This document shows positions 1-9,017 of a stretch of 64,000 nt of DNA, in pieces. Each line of letters begins with the position of its first letter. Position 1 is the stretch's first letter. The translations under genes were made by a program, and so were the position numbers. The stretch is from Chthoniobacterales bacterium (GTDB lineage Bacteria > Verrucomicrobiota > Verrucomicrobiia > Chthoniobacterales > Chthoniobacteraceae), in assembly GCA_038207335.1 (NCBI GenBank), contig JBBQZX010000002.1, positions 274,577 through 338,576 of the forward strand. Reading direction: 5' to 3'. The notes beneath the pieces were generated by a model. The model saw nothing but the letters and a program-made list of their open reading frames with translations, ran no database searches and was not told where the DNA came from.

Positions 1-750
1 GACGCCGTCATCCCGGCCGGCGGCTCCGCACGCCTCTCCGGCTCCATCGCCGGTGAAGTTTATCGCGACCTCCTCAAGACCGGCATCGGCCGCCTCGAAC
101 TCAGCGGGACCAACAGCTACCTCGGCCGCACCGTCGTTAATCAAGGTGAACTCGCCGTCAATGGCCTGAATTCCTCGACCTTCCTAACACAGGTTCAAAG
201 CGGCGCGAAACTCAGCGGCAATGGCACCACCGGCCCGGTGCGCATCGAAGGCGGCGCCTCGCTCGCGCCCGGCGACACCGCCGGTCACGCCAGCATCCTC
301 CGCACCGGCGACGCCACGCACAACGGCGATCTGCAATTCATGGACGGCACCGCGAAGCTCGCCATCGAACTCGGCGGCACCACCGCGGGCGGCGACGGCG
401 TCAGCGGCTACGACCGCATCAGCGTCACCGGCGGCATCACCCTCAACGGCGCGTCGCTCGAAGGCTCGCTCCTCAACGGCTTCAACCCCGCGATGGACGA
501 CCTCTTTTTCATCATCGTCAACGATGGCACCGACGCCGTCAGCGGCACCTTCGCCCAAGGCACCGGCATCGCCATCGGCGGCAAATTCTTCGTCATCGGC
601 TACGACGGAAACTTCCTCGGCGAGGGCAACCCCGGCAACAGCACCACCAACGGCAACGACGTCTTCCTGCGCGCCGTCCCCGAGCCATCCTCCACGATCC
701 TCGCCCTCAGCGGCCTCGCGCTCCTCGGCCTGCGCCGGAAGCGGTCTTAA
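1..750 (+). CDS. PEP-CTERM sorting domain protein with autotransporter-associated beta-strand repeat (5' end outside window)
   Basis: Frame open from base 1 (DAVIPAGG...LLKTGIGRLELSGTNSYLGRTVVNQGEL, typical passenger repeat); ends VPEPSSTILALSGLALLGLRRKRS*. Confidence 0.9.
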   Translation, partial: DAVIPAGGSARLSGSIAGEVYRDLLKTGIGRLELSGTNSYLGRTVVNQGELAVNGLNSSTFLTQVQSGAKLSGNGTTGPVRIEGGASLAPGDTAGHASILRTGDATHNGDLQFMDGTAKLAIELGGTTAGGDGVSGYDRISVTGGITLNGASLEGSLLNGFNPAMDDLFFIIVNDGTDAVSGTFAQGTGIAIGGKFFVIGYDGNFLGEGNPGNSTTNGNDVFLRAVPEPSSTILALSGLALLGLRRKRS

Positions 751-825
751 AATCCTCCTCGTCCCGCACCGCGGACACAAGGGGACGGCGATCCCGTCTG
801 CAACTGCCTTTTTCTGCCGCGCGTC

Positions 826-873
826 GTAGTCGGGATCGGTGATCCCGGCGGTCTGGGAGCAATCCTGCACTAC
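826..873. repeat. GTAG-type REP-like palindrome
   Basis: GTAG-TCGGGATC-GGT-GATCCCGG at 826-848, CTAC at 870-873; degenerate inverted copy at 13710-13734. Confidence 0.55.
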
Positions 874-901
874 AGACACACCGCCACCGTCTCTCTTCCA
901 C

Positions 902-936
902 AAAAAAAGGCGCTGCCGGTTTCCCGACAGCGCCTT
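902..936 (-). terminator. Rho-independent terminator of rpsA
   Basis: Minus strand AAGGCGCTGTCGG-GAAA-CCGGCAGCGCC-TTTTTTT just after the rpsA stop. Confidence 0.9.
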
Positions 937-963
937 GTTGATTTGCGGGGCCTGAGTGGCCGG

Positions 964-2646
964 TTATTTCTTGCTCCGATCGCCGGGACGATACTCCTCG
1001 GCGGCTGCCGCGAAGGCTTGCTCGAGGCCGACCATGTCTTCGCCAGGCTTGATGCTGTCGAATGCGGCGGCTTCGCGCTTGATGTCTTCTTCGCTGTAGT
1101 TCGCCGCTTTCATCGAGAGGCCGATGCGACGCTCGGTCTTATCGACCTTGATGACGCGCGCTTCGATCTCCTGCCCGACTTTGAGCACGTCCTTGATCTT
1201 CGCCACATGATCCTCGCTGATCTGCGAGATGTGGACGAGACCGTCGATCTCGCCATCGAGCGCGATGAATGCGCCGAATGCCGCGATCTTGCTGACCTTG
1301 CCTTTGACGAGGTCGCCGATCTTGTACTTCTGGTCGATGTCCTTCCACGGATCGCCCTCGAGTTGTTTCATGCCGAGGCTGATTCGCTGGTTCTGCTTGT
1401 CGATGTCGATGACCACCGCCTCGATCTCGTCACCCTTTTTGATGACTTCGCTCGGGTGGTTAATCTTGCGCGTCCACGACATGTCGGAGACGTGCACCAT
1501 GCCGTCGATGCCCTCTTCCATTTCGACGAATGCGCCGTAAGCGGTGAGGTTGCGGACCGTGCCTTTGACCTGCGCGCCGATCTGGTAGCGGCTCTCGATC
1601 GCGTCCCACGGATTGGGCTCCATCTGGCGCACGCCGAGGGAGATTTTCTGCTCCTCTTTGTTGACGCCGAGCACGATGGCTTCGACTTCCTGGCCCACGG
1701 TGAGCACGTCGGACGGGCGCGCGATGCGCTTGGTCCATGACAACTCGGAGACGTGGATGAGACCCTCGACGCCTTCCTCGATTTCGACGAATGCGCCGTA
1801 AGGAACGAGGTTCGTGACCTTGCCCTTGACCTTCGCGCCGATGGGGAAACGCGCTTCGGTTTCGTTCCAGGGGTTCTTCTGGTTTTGTTTGAGGCCGAGC
1901 GAGACGCGCTCTTTTTCCTTGTTGATGTCGAGGACGATGACTTCGAGTTCCTGCCCGACTTTGAGCAGTTCGCTCGGATGGCCGAGTCGGCCCCAAGTCA
2001 TGTCGGTGATGTGGAGGAGTCCGTCCATGCCATCGAGGTCGATGAATGCGCCGAAGTCCGTGAGGTTCTTCACGGCACCCTTCACGGTGCTGCCGATCTT
2101 GATGGTATCGAGGAACGCCTGGCGCTTGCCTGCGCGCTCGGCCTCGATGATTTCGCGGCGCGAAAGGACGACGTTTTTGCGGTCGTCGTTGATCTTGACG
2201 ATCTTGAAGTCGTAGGTGTTGCCGACGAACTGCTGGAGATCTTTCGGGGGGACGATGTCGATCTGCGAGCCAGGCAGAAATGCCTCGACGCCGATGTTGA
2301 CGGTGAGCCCGCCTTTGACCACGGCCTTGACCTTGCCTTTGATGAGACCGTCGCCTTGGAAGACCTTGACGATCTTCTCCCAGTTCTGGCGGTAAGCGGC
2401 TTTTTCCTTGGAAAGGATGACGGTGCCTTCGTCATTTTCGAGCCGGCACAGGAGCACTTCCACTTCGTCGCCGATTTGGAGATCGTCGATGTCATCAAAC
2501 TCGCTGGAGGGGATGACGCCCTCGGATTTGTAGCCGATATCCACGAGCACTTCGCGCGGGCGAATCTCCAGGATGCGGCCCTTGACGATGCTACCCTCTT
2601 TAAAATCGCGCATCGACTTCGCGATCAGGTCCTTCATTTCGATCAT
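964..2646 (-). CDS. rpsA: 30S ribosomal protein S1
   Basis: Six S1 repeats (FGAFIDLDGMDGLLHITDMTW, YGAFVEIEEGVEGLIHVSELSW); start moved to MIEMKDL at 2646. Confidence 0.97.
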   Translation of the reverse strand: MIEMKDLIAKSMRDFKEGSIVKGRILEIRPREVLVDIGYKSEGVIPSSEFDDIDDLQIGDEVEVLLCRLENDEGTVILSKEKAAYRQNWEKIVKVFQGDGLIKGKVKAVVKGGLTVNIGVEAFLPGSQIDIVPPKDLQQFVGNTYDFKIVKINDDRKNVVLSRREIIEAERAGKRQAFLDTIKIGSTVKGAVKNLTDFGAFIDLDGMDGLLHITDMTWGRLGHPSELLKVGQELEVIVLDINKEKERVSLGLKQNQKNPWNETEARFPIGAKVKGKVTNLVPYGAFVEIEEGVEGLIHVSELSWTKRIARPSDVLTVGQEVEAIVLGVNKEEQKISLGVRQMEPNPWDAIESRYQIGAQVKGTVRNLTAYGAFVEMEEGIDGMVHVSDMSWTRKINHPSEVIKKGDEIEAVVIDIDKQNQRISLGMKQLEGDPWKDIDQKYKIGDLVKGKVSKIAAFGAFIALDGEIDGLVHISQISEDHVAKIKDVLKVGQEIEARVIKVDKTERRIGLSMKAANYSEEDIKREAAAFDSIKPGEDMVGLEQAFAAAAEEYRPGDRSKK

Positions 2647-2797
2647 GTGTATTTCACTGCAAGCCACGGGTTCCGGTTTTCCCAAATCCCCGGGCGTCTC
2701 ATCTGAGCAGCCAAAATTAGCGGGGAGGAGGGGGCGGGGAAAGTAGGGAGCCGCGCGAGGAATGCAAGCGCACCTTTTGGGAAAATCTGAGAGCGTC

Positions 2798-3895
2798 TCA
2801 GTCTCGTGGGAAAACGTCGGAAAGTGGGGGCGCTGCTTTTGGCTCCGCAGCGCGGTAGTCTTCGCCGAGGAATTTTGCCAGCGTTTCCGCCATCTGCGCC
2901 TGTTTAACTGACTCGCACTCTTTTCGCTCTCCAAGCGGAGGCGTGTCGGGTCCGAGCACGGCACACCACCATTCGCCCGAGTGCGCGATTTTCTCCCCAT
3001 GACTCGTCCAATCCGCGGTCAGCGCGCCGCGGCCGTGGTCCGTGGTGATGATGAGAGTTGTGCTGCCGCGATACTCCGGGAGAGCTTGGACTTTCTCCCA
3101 AAGCTCACCGATCCAGCGATCGACGCGGTGCGCGGCTTCGAGGTAGCGATCATAGCGGCGCGCGTGCGCCCATTCGTCCGTCTCTCCGAAATTCACGTAA
3201 AGGACCCGGGGCTTATGTGCATCGATGAACTCGAGCGCGGCTCGCTGCACGAACGCATCGTAGTGCTCGTCCGGCCAAGGCGAGGGAATGTCGGCCATGA
3301 GTTTTTCGAGTTCCGCGATGCGGGGCGAGGCCTCGCCGGATGCCGATTTTTGAAGCGTCGTGAACATCGGCAGATGACTGCGATCCACATTCAAAATCTC
3401 GCGCATCACGGTCCACCCGTTGCAGGCGAAGACTTTGCCCGCAAAACCCGGACGCCCGTTGAGCCATTCCAGCACACTCACGTTGGGATTCGGAATCGGC
3501 TTGTTGCTCGTGATGCGATCGTCGGCGTGGCCGGTCAGAAATTCGTTGTAGCCGGGATAGGAAAACCAAAGGTCATTCGTCACATCGCCGAGGCTGCCAG
3601 CATCGCGGTTGCCGAAGATTTGTCCCTGCTTCGCGACTGTGTCCCAAATGAACGGCAGCAGCTTGCCCCGCCGCGCATCCGGCCTGTCGCCTGCAAACTC
3701 CTGCGTCAAAGCTGCGGCATCCGTCACCCCGCCGGACTGCTTGTTCATCAACGTCGCATCCGCTCCACGAAAGACTTCCTGCCAGCGAAATCCATCCGTC
3801 GTGACGAGCAGCAAATGCCGCGTCTTCAACTCGGCGGCGCGTAAAGTCAAATCGCTCAGCAGGAGCACCAGCAAACAAGCAGACAACATTTTCAT
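2798..3895 (-). CDS. Secreted alkaline phosphatase superfamily protein (phosphoglyceromutase-like)
   Basis: Signal peptide; LVTTDGFRWQE, FSYPGYNE, ETDEWAH and ITTDHGRG metal-binding motifs. Confidence 0.85.
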   Translation of the reverse strand: MKMLSACLLVLLLSDLTLRAAELKTRHLLLVTTDGFRWQEVFRGADATLMNKQSGGVTDAAALTQEFAGDRPDARRGKLLPFIWDTVAKQGQIFGNRDAGSLGDVTNDLWFSYPGYNEFLTGHADDRITSNKPIPNPNVSVLEWLNGRPGFAGKVFACNGWTVMREILNVDRSHLPMFTTLQKSASGEASPRIAELEKLMADIPSPWPDEHYDAFVQRAALEFIDAHKPRVLYVNFGETDEWAHARRYDRYLEAAHRVDRWIGELWEKVQALPEYRGSTTLIITTDHGRGALTADWTSHGEKIAHSGEWWCAVLGPDTPPLGERKECESVKQAQMAETLAKFLGEDYRAAEPKAAPPLSDVFPRD

Positions 3896-4021
3896 TCGCG
3901 CCAGCGAAACTCTTCGTAGGTCGATCGACAAGACTCGGAAGACCTAGGGACTGCCAAATCGTTCATAAGAAACCTTGAAGCTGCGCGTTTTCCGATCTCT
4001 AAAGGCCGATCCCGTACGCAG

Positions 4022-4057
4022 AACCGCTCTCGCCAGTGTGACCCAGCGAGAGCGGTT
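4022..4057 (-). terminator. Stem-loop after the large Gly-rich gene (possible terminator)
   Basis: AACCGCTCTCGC...GCGAGAGCGGTT 12-bp inverted repeat; weak U-tract. Confidence 0.5.
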
Positions 4058-4092
4058 TGTCTGAGGCAGGCTCGGCTTTGCGCCCCGCTCGG

Positions 4093-7000
4093 TTACAGGA
4101 TGAAGACGCGGCCGATAAGGGTCACGGGATTGCCGTTGAGGTCGGTGATGGCGGAAGCGATGAGCGCGCCATCGACGAGGCGGCCATTGCGCTCGGGCGT
4201 CGTGACTGGTGTGACGCCATCCGCAGCGATGTAGTCGAATGAGCCGAGCACCGGTTTGTCCGCCCCGACCACGCCGTTGAGGATCTTGATGCCCCGCGCC
4301 GCATGGATGACTGCGATCTGATCCACATTTCCCGCCACCGCAGAGAGCAGGTTGCGCGCGGTGAGATCGACGAGGTCGCCGTTGCCGTCCCGAGTACGGA
4401 AGGTGGCAGGCTGCGTGATGAATTTCTGTTGCACCGGATCGTAGATGGGCTTGATCCCGCCGGCAGCGCCGACAACGACGCCGACGTTGCCGTCCGCATC
4501 GCTGAGCTCACCCGGGTTTTTCAACGTCGCCGCTGGATTCGCGCGAATCTTATTTTCCACGAAGGCCGCGATCGTCTCTCCGGCGAAAATGTTGTTGTAA
4601 CTCTTGATCGCGACGTTTGTCGCGATGTTGCCGACGTCGCCGGTGATGAACGTATTGGCGATGTTCCCGCCGCGCCCGGCATAGACGACGTTGTCGAGCA
4701 CGGTGCCATAATGGATCGAGCTTCCGCCATTGCCGGCGATGAGATCGACGTGCGCCTGGATGTTTCCGATCTGGTTGAAGCCAACGATGCTGCCGCCTTT
4801 GCCCGCCTGCCCAACGCGCCCGCCGAAGGATTTCAAACCCTGATCAGGACTCTGGTCGCGGAGCGCCCCAGTCGAGTCGCGTTCGGTATTTGGGACGAAT
4901 GCCGAAGCATCGCCACCGTCGCCAGCGACGACGAGCAACTTCACGAGCGTGGAGGCGCGGAGTTCCACAGTCGAGGTACGGACGCTTCCGCCCAAGCCGC
5001 CTTGAGTGAGGCCGTCGCCGCCGGCACCACCGATCAGGACGTATCCGCCGTCGCTGGCGCTGGTGATTAGATCGAACACGTCGCCGCCGTCGCCGCCCAA
5101 TGCACCGGCACTGGACCCGCCGTTGCCCGCGAGGACCCGGTTGTAGTTATAAGGCTGGAGCTTCGGCGCATTGGCGACGCCCTTGGTCGGGACGTTGACG
5201 CTGCTGACGCTGCCACCTTTGCCGCCACTGCCCGATGTGCCCGAACCTCCATGTCCCGCGACGGCGCTGAAGCCTGCCGGCTTCACGTTGTCACCAGTTG
5301 AGGGCGGTTGGAAGAGGAAGTTTGAAATCGAGCCGCCGTCGCCGCCCCGAGTGCCGCCGCCGCCGTTGCCGGCGATGAGCGCGATGTCCGAGGTGAGGAT
5401 GCTGCCGACATTCGGGCTGGAGTTCGAGATGCTGCCACCTTTTCCACCTGAGCCAGCGACCGCGTTGCCGCCGTCGCCTGCCTCCATACGGAAGAAGGTG
5501 CCGTCAACCTCCTGCAGAAGCGGAGTAATGCCACCGATTTTCGTGCGGAAGCTGCTGATCGAACCGCCGTTGCCACCGCCGCGGGTGCCGCTGCCGCCGT
5601 CGCCAGCGAGCGCGGTGAAGGACTTATTTCCATTATTGCCATTCGCCGCGAGTTGATGAGGAATCAAGGAGTCGAAGATGTAAGCTCCCGCGCCGAGATT
5701 GGTGCCGTTGCCGATGATCGAGCCACCGTTGCCACCGATGGAGCCGCTGCCGCCCTTGCCGGCAGTCCAACTGTAGCCGCCGTAGATCGAGTCAGCTGCA
5801 AGGCTGCCGCCGTCGCCGCCGGTGCCGGAGACACCGCGTCCACCGTCGCCAGCGCGGAGGGTCACATCCGCCTCGCCGCGAGAGACGACACCGATGATTC
5901 CGCCGCCCTTGCCGCCTTTCGCAAAGCCGTCGCCGCCCTTTCCGGCCACCAAATCAATGGTTCCGTCGATGAAAAACTGCAACGAGCCCACGAGATCTTG
6001 CGAACTGGAAGCCACCATCGTGAGCGGATCGACGGTGGTAAATGTGGTCAGCTTGCTACCGATGCCGAGCCCGCCGCCGAGTCCACCGGTGCCGACGATG
6101 GAATTTCCACCGTCACCCGCCAAGACGCTGTAACCGAGCTGGACATTACTGAGCGAAGCGCCTCGGCCTCCGAATCGAGCGGAAATCAAGTCGTTGAAAC
6201 CGATGTTGCTATTGTTGTATCCGCTAAATATTACCGGTTTGGCGATGTCGTTAAGGTCCGGGTACCACACATCGGAGAGATGTGGCGAATTCGGGTCCGG
6301 GATATTGGGTAGGGAGTTGATCTCATCCAAGTAGATTGACGGTGTAGCTGCCCCCTCCACGAACTGAATCGTCACTGCAGAGTAGGTGAAGATGTTGCCA
6401 AAGATCGCGATCTGATTGACGACACCATCACCGTCGGCATCGACGGAAACGATCGAAGCTCCGACGTTTGGTCGGAAATTGTCACCGAGGTAGTTGCCGG
6501 CATTTTGGGCCACATCATCTGAAACGTCAATCCCATTTCCCAATCCATCGCCGAGGGAGCCAACGTAAAAACCAAATCCAGCTGTATCGCCCGTGATCGC
6601 GATCACATCGGCGGCGCCATCACTGTTATAGTCAAGAATCGTGAAATCCAACGGGAAGGCACCTTCCAGTGAAATGCCAGGACCACGATCCGTATCGACG
6701 ACCCCCAGACTGAAGAACCCTGTGTTGACGGGCGGCGTGGCGACATACTTTCCACCCGCAAAGGTGCTCGCGCGGGTTTGGTAATCAACGGTGAAGGCGA
6801 CATTAAAATACGAACCCCCATCGCCGCCCAGATCTCGGCTGGCAACGAGCAGAACGTCGTGATCCGAGGTGGTCGTAAGAGCCGTCGCCTCAATCATCGC
6901 GTGGCCAGGCGTGCCACTCGTAAATGCAGTGATATACGGGAGCCGCGGGTCCGGCGCCGTGTCACCATCCGGCGTCCTGATTCGTTTGGAGCCATAATCG

Positions 7001-8994
7001 GCGTAGAACTGACCCGTCAGCGAAGTCCTGCCAGTGAGATCATTTTTCTCGGCATCCTGCGTCATGAAGACGATGACCTGCCGCCCTTGGTAAGTCGCAG
7101 AAACTGCAAGCTCCATGACTCCGTCGCCATCAAAATCACCCGCGGCGATGTCGCTGATCGCCACCGGTCCGGCAGCGTAGAGGTAATCCTGAACCGGGAA
7201 AGGAAGCGGTTTCGAGCCGTTGTAGGGCTTCGGGTCGATCACCGTATCCGTGTCGAAGCCGTTCAGTTGCGGCAACGGGCTGAAGCGGACGTCGTAGAAG
7301 CCAAGGAAGTCGTTGATGCCGTCGGCGTTGAGATCCTCGGAACTGTCGAGGACGCCATCGTTGTTCAAATCCTCGTATTTCGCCAAAAAGACCGCGATAC
7401 CCGACCGATTGCTCGCGTCGATGGAACCGACTGCAATGTCGAGGTGCCCGTCGCCATTGAGATCGGCGACAGTGATCGACTCGGCATTGCGCACGCCGGA
7501 GAGATAGATGCGGTTCTTGTTAAAAGCGCGTTGGTCGGCAGCAGCATTGGGGTCGTAGCCGATGGCGTTCGGATCGGTCTTGGCGGCACCGAAGACAACG
7601 ACGAGCTGCGAGTTATCGACCGTGGAGTAAACGAAATCGCCATAGACATCGTTATTGAAATCGACGGCTTGGTGCGTGCCGATTTGGCCGACGTTGTTGA
7701 TAGGATCGGCTGGATCGTAGGTGGACTGGTGATACGTGCCGAAGCCCGCACCAGCGTTGTAATCGGTGACTTTCTGCGTGAAGACACCAGTGAGCAGGCT
7801 CGCGCCCGCACCGCCGGAGGTGAAGCCGGAACCGCCATCGCCGAGATTGATGCTGACGAAGCCGAGAATGTTGACGGTTTCGAATTTGAAGTCGCCCGCA
7901 TCGCCGCCTGCGCCCGTGGTGCCGGTGCCGCCGGAGCCGCTCTGGATGAGCACTTTGCTCGTGTGGGAGCCAAGATCGCTGAAGCCGGTGATGGATCCAC
8001 CGTGTCCACCCGTCGGCCCTTTACCTCCGTTGCCGGCGATCACCTCGTAGCCACCGCTGTCGTCCGCGTTGAGCTCCGTGCCGATCACGTTTCCACCGTC
8101 GCCGCCGATGCCGCCGTCGCCCGCGATGATCGAGTTGAAGTTGAATACAGTCGTGGCATTCGCCGAGCGTACGAAAGCAACGTCCGCACCGTGCTGTCCC
8201 GGCTGAGGGATGAATTTCAGGAGCGTGCCGGCGATGTCGTCATTGCGCGAGATGCCGTAGCTGAGCCACTGACCGGAGACTGCGGTGCCGACTTTGATCG
8301 AGCCGATGGTGGGATGCACCTCGGACGCGCCGAGCAGGACGCCGGGATAAGTGGTCGCGCCTGTGGAATCGATGATGAGCCCGCTGGTCGGATCGGTCGC
8401 GAGACCAAAGCCTTTGCCGGCGTAGATATTCCCAAAAATCGAGAAGCTCGTCGGAGCGGCGCGTAGCGCGACGTCCGCGTCGTCCACAATGCCGTCATTG
8501 TTTTGATCAGGAATATCGGCGGTGGTGAGCGTCCGAAGCTCGATCTTCTCAATCGTCTTGTTCAGGATGACGAGACCGTCGCCCTTGAGCGAAGTGGAGT
8601 TGTTGATTCCGTTGTTGTCGGAATCGCTGAGCGTCAGCACCGGCCCGAACGAAGCATTTGCCTCGCGCAGATTCGTGGCGATGTCGCCGTGGACATCCGA
8701 GAAAAGGATGATGCGCGTTCCATCTCCGGCGGCGATGCCAGTGATCTCGTTTTCGTCGAGCGACCCGTTGTTATTAAGATCGGTGGTGAAAACGAGGATG
8801 TTACCTTTTTCGACGAAAAGGAGGTAGGCACCGGCTTTGTCGCCAGCGGTACCGAGACCTTCACCTGCGTGAAGCTCAAAGACGTCGCCGGCCTGGCCGG
8901 TCTTCCAGATTGCCGACGCGACGGGGCTGACCGCCGCGGGGGCGATGCGAGCTTCGAGGGGTTCGGGGCAGCCGAATGAGGATGTATGGCGCAT
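4093..8994 (-). CDS. 1633-aa exported Gly-rich repeat protein with LExRIAPA leader and FG-GAP/VCBS-like region
   Basis: N-terminal PEPLEARIAPA; many AGxGGxxxxGGxGG repeats; ADLNGDGHLDIAVG, GDFDGDGVMELAV and DYNSDGAADV motifs. Confidence 0.85.
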   Translation of the reverse strand: MRHTSSFGCPEPLEARIAPAAVSPVASAIWKTGQAGDVFELHAGEGLGTAGDKAGAYLLFVEKGNILVFTTDLNNNGSLDENEITGIAAGDGTRIILFSDVHGDIATNLREANASFGPVLTLSDSDNNGINNSTSLKGDGLVILNKTIEKIELRTLTTADIPDQNNDGIVDDADVALRAAPTSFSIFGNIYAGKGFGLATDPTSGLIIDSTGATTYPGVLLGASEVHPTIGSIKVGTAVSGQWLSYGISRNDDIAGTLLKFIPQPGQHGADVAFVRSANATTVFNFNSIIAGDGGIGGDGGNVIGTELNADDSGGYEVIAGNGGKGPTGGHGGSITGFSDLGSHTSKVLIQSGSGGTGTTGAGGDAGDFKFETVNILGFVSINLGDGGSGFTSGGAGASLLTGVFTQKVTDYNAGAGFGTYHQSTYDPADPINNVGQIGTHQAVDFNNDVYGDFVYSTVDNSQLVVVFGAAKTDPNAIGYDPNAAADQRAFNKNRIYLSGVRNAESITVADLNGDGHLDIAVGSIDASNRSGIAVFLAKYEDLNNDGVLDSSEDLNADGINDFLGFYDVRFSPLPQLNGFDTDTVIDPKPYNGSKPLPFPVQDYLYAAGPVAISDIAAGDFDGDGVMELAVSATYQGRQVIVFMTQDAEKNDLTGRTSLTGQFYADYGSKRIRTPDGDTAPDPRLPYITAFTSGTPGHAMIEATALTTTSDHDVLLVASRDLGGDGGSYFNVAFTVDYQTRASTFAGGKYVATPPVNTGFFSLGVVDTDRGPGISLEGAFPLDFTILDYNSDGAADVIAITGDTAGFGFYVGSLGDGLGNGIDVSDDVAQNAGNYLGDNFRPNVGASIVSVDADGDGVVNQIAIFGNIFTYSAVTIQFVEGAATPSIYLDEINSLPNIPDPNSPHLSDVWYPDLNDIAKPVIFSGYNNSNIGFNDLISARFGGRGASLSNVQLGYSVLAGDGGNSIVGTGGLGGGLGIGSKLTTFTTVDPLTMVASSSQDLVGSLQFFIDGTIDLVAGKGGDGFAKGGKGGGIIGVVSRGEADVTLRAGDGGRGVSGTGGDGGSLAADSIYGGYSWTAGKGGSGSIGGNGGSIIGNGTNLGAGAYIFDSLIPHQLAANGNNGNKSFTALAGDGGSGTRGGGNGGSISSFRTKIGGITPLLQEVDGTFFRMEAGDGGNAVAGSGGKGGSISNSSPNVGSILTSDIALIAGNGGGGTRGGDGGSISNFLFQPPSTGDNVKPAGFSAVAGHGGSGTSGSGGKGGSVSSVNVPTKGVANAPKLQPYNYNRVLAGNGGSSAGALGGDGGDVFDLITSASDGGYVLIGGAGGDGLTQGGLGGSVRTSTVELRASTLVKLLVVAGDGGDASAFVPNTERDSTGALRDQSPDQGLKSFGGRVGQAGKGGSIVGFNQIGNIQAHVDLIAGNGGSSIHYGTVLDNVVYAGRGGNIANTFITGDVGNIATNVAIKSYNNIFAGETIAAFVENKIRANPAATLKNPGELSDADGNVGVVVGAAGGIKPIYDPVQQKFITQPATFRTRDGNGDLVDLTARNLLSAVAGNVDQIAVIHAARGIKILNGVVGADKPVLGSFDYIAADGVTPVTTPERNGRLVDGALIASAITDLNGNPVTLIGRVFIL

Positions 8995-9017
8995 AAGATT
9001 AGAGGGTATTCGGAGGA

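Noticed and set aside
2647..3000. 118-aa N-terminal extension of RpsA in the ORF track
   Set aside because: Overlaps the upstream phosphatase gene and does not resemble S1; true start likely 2646
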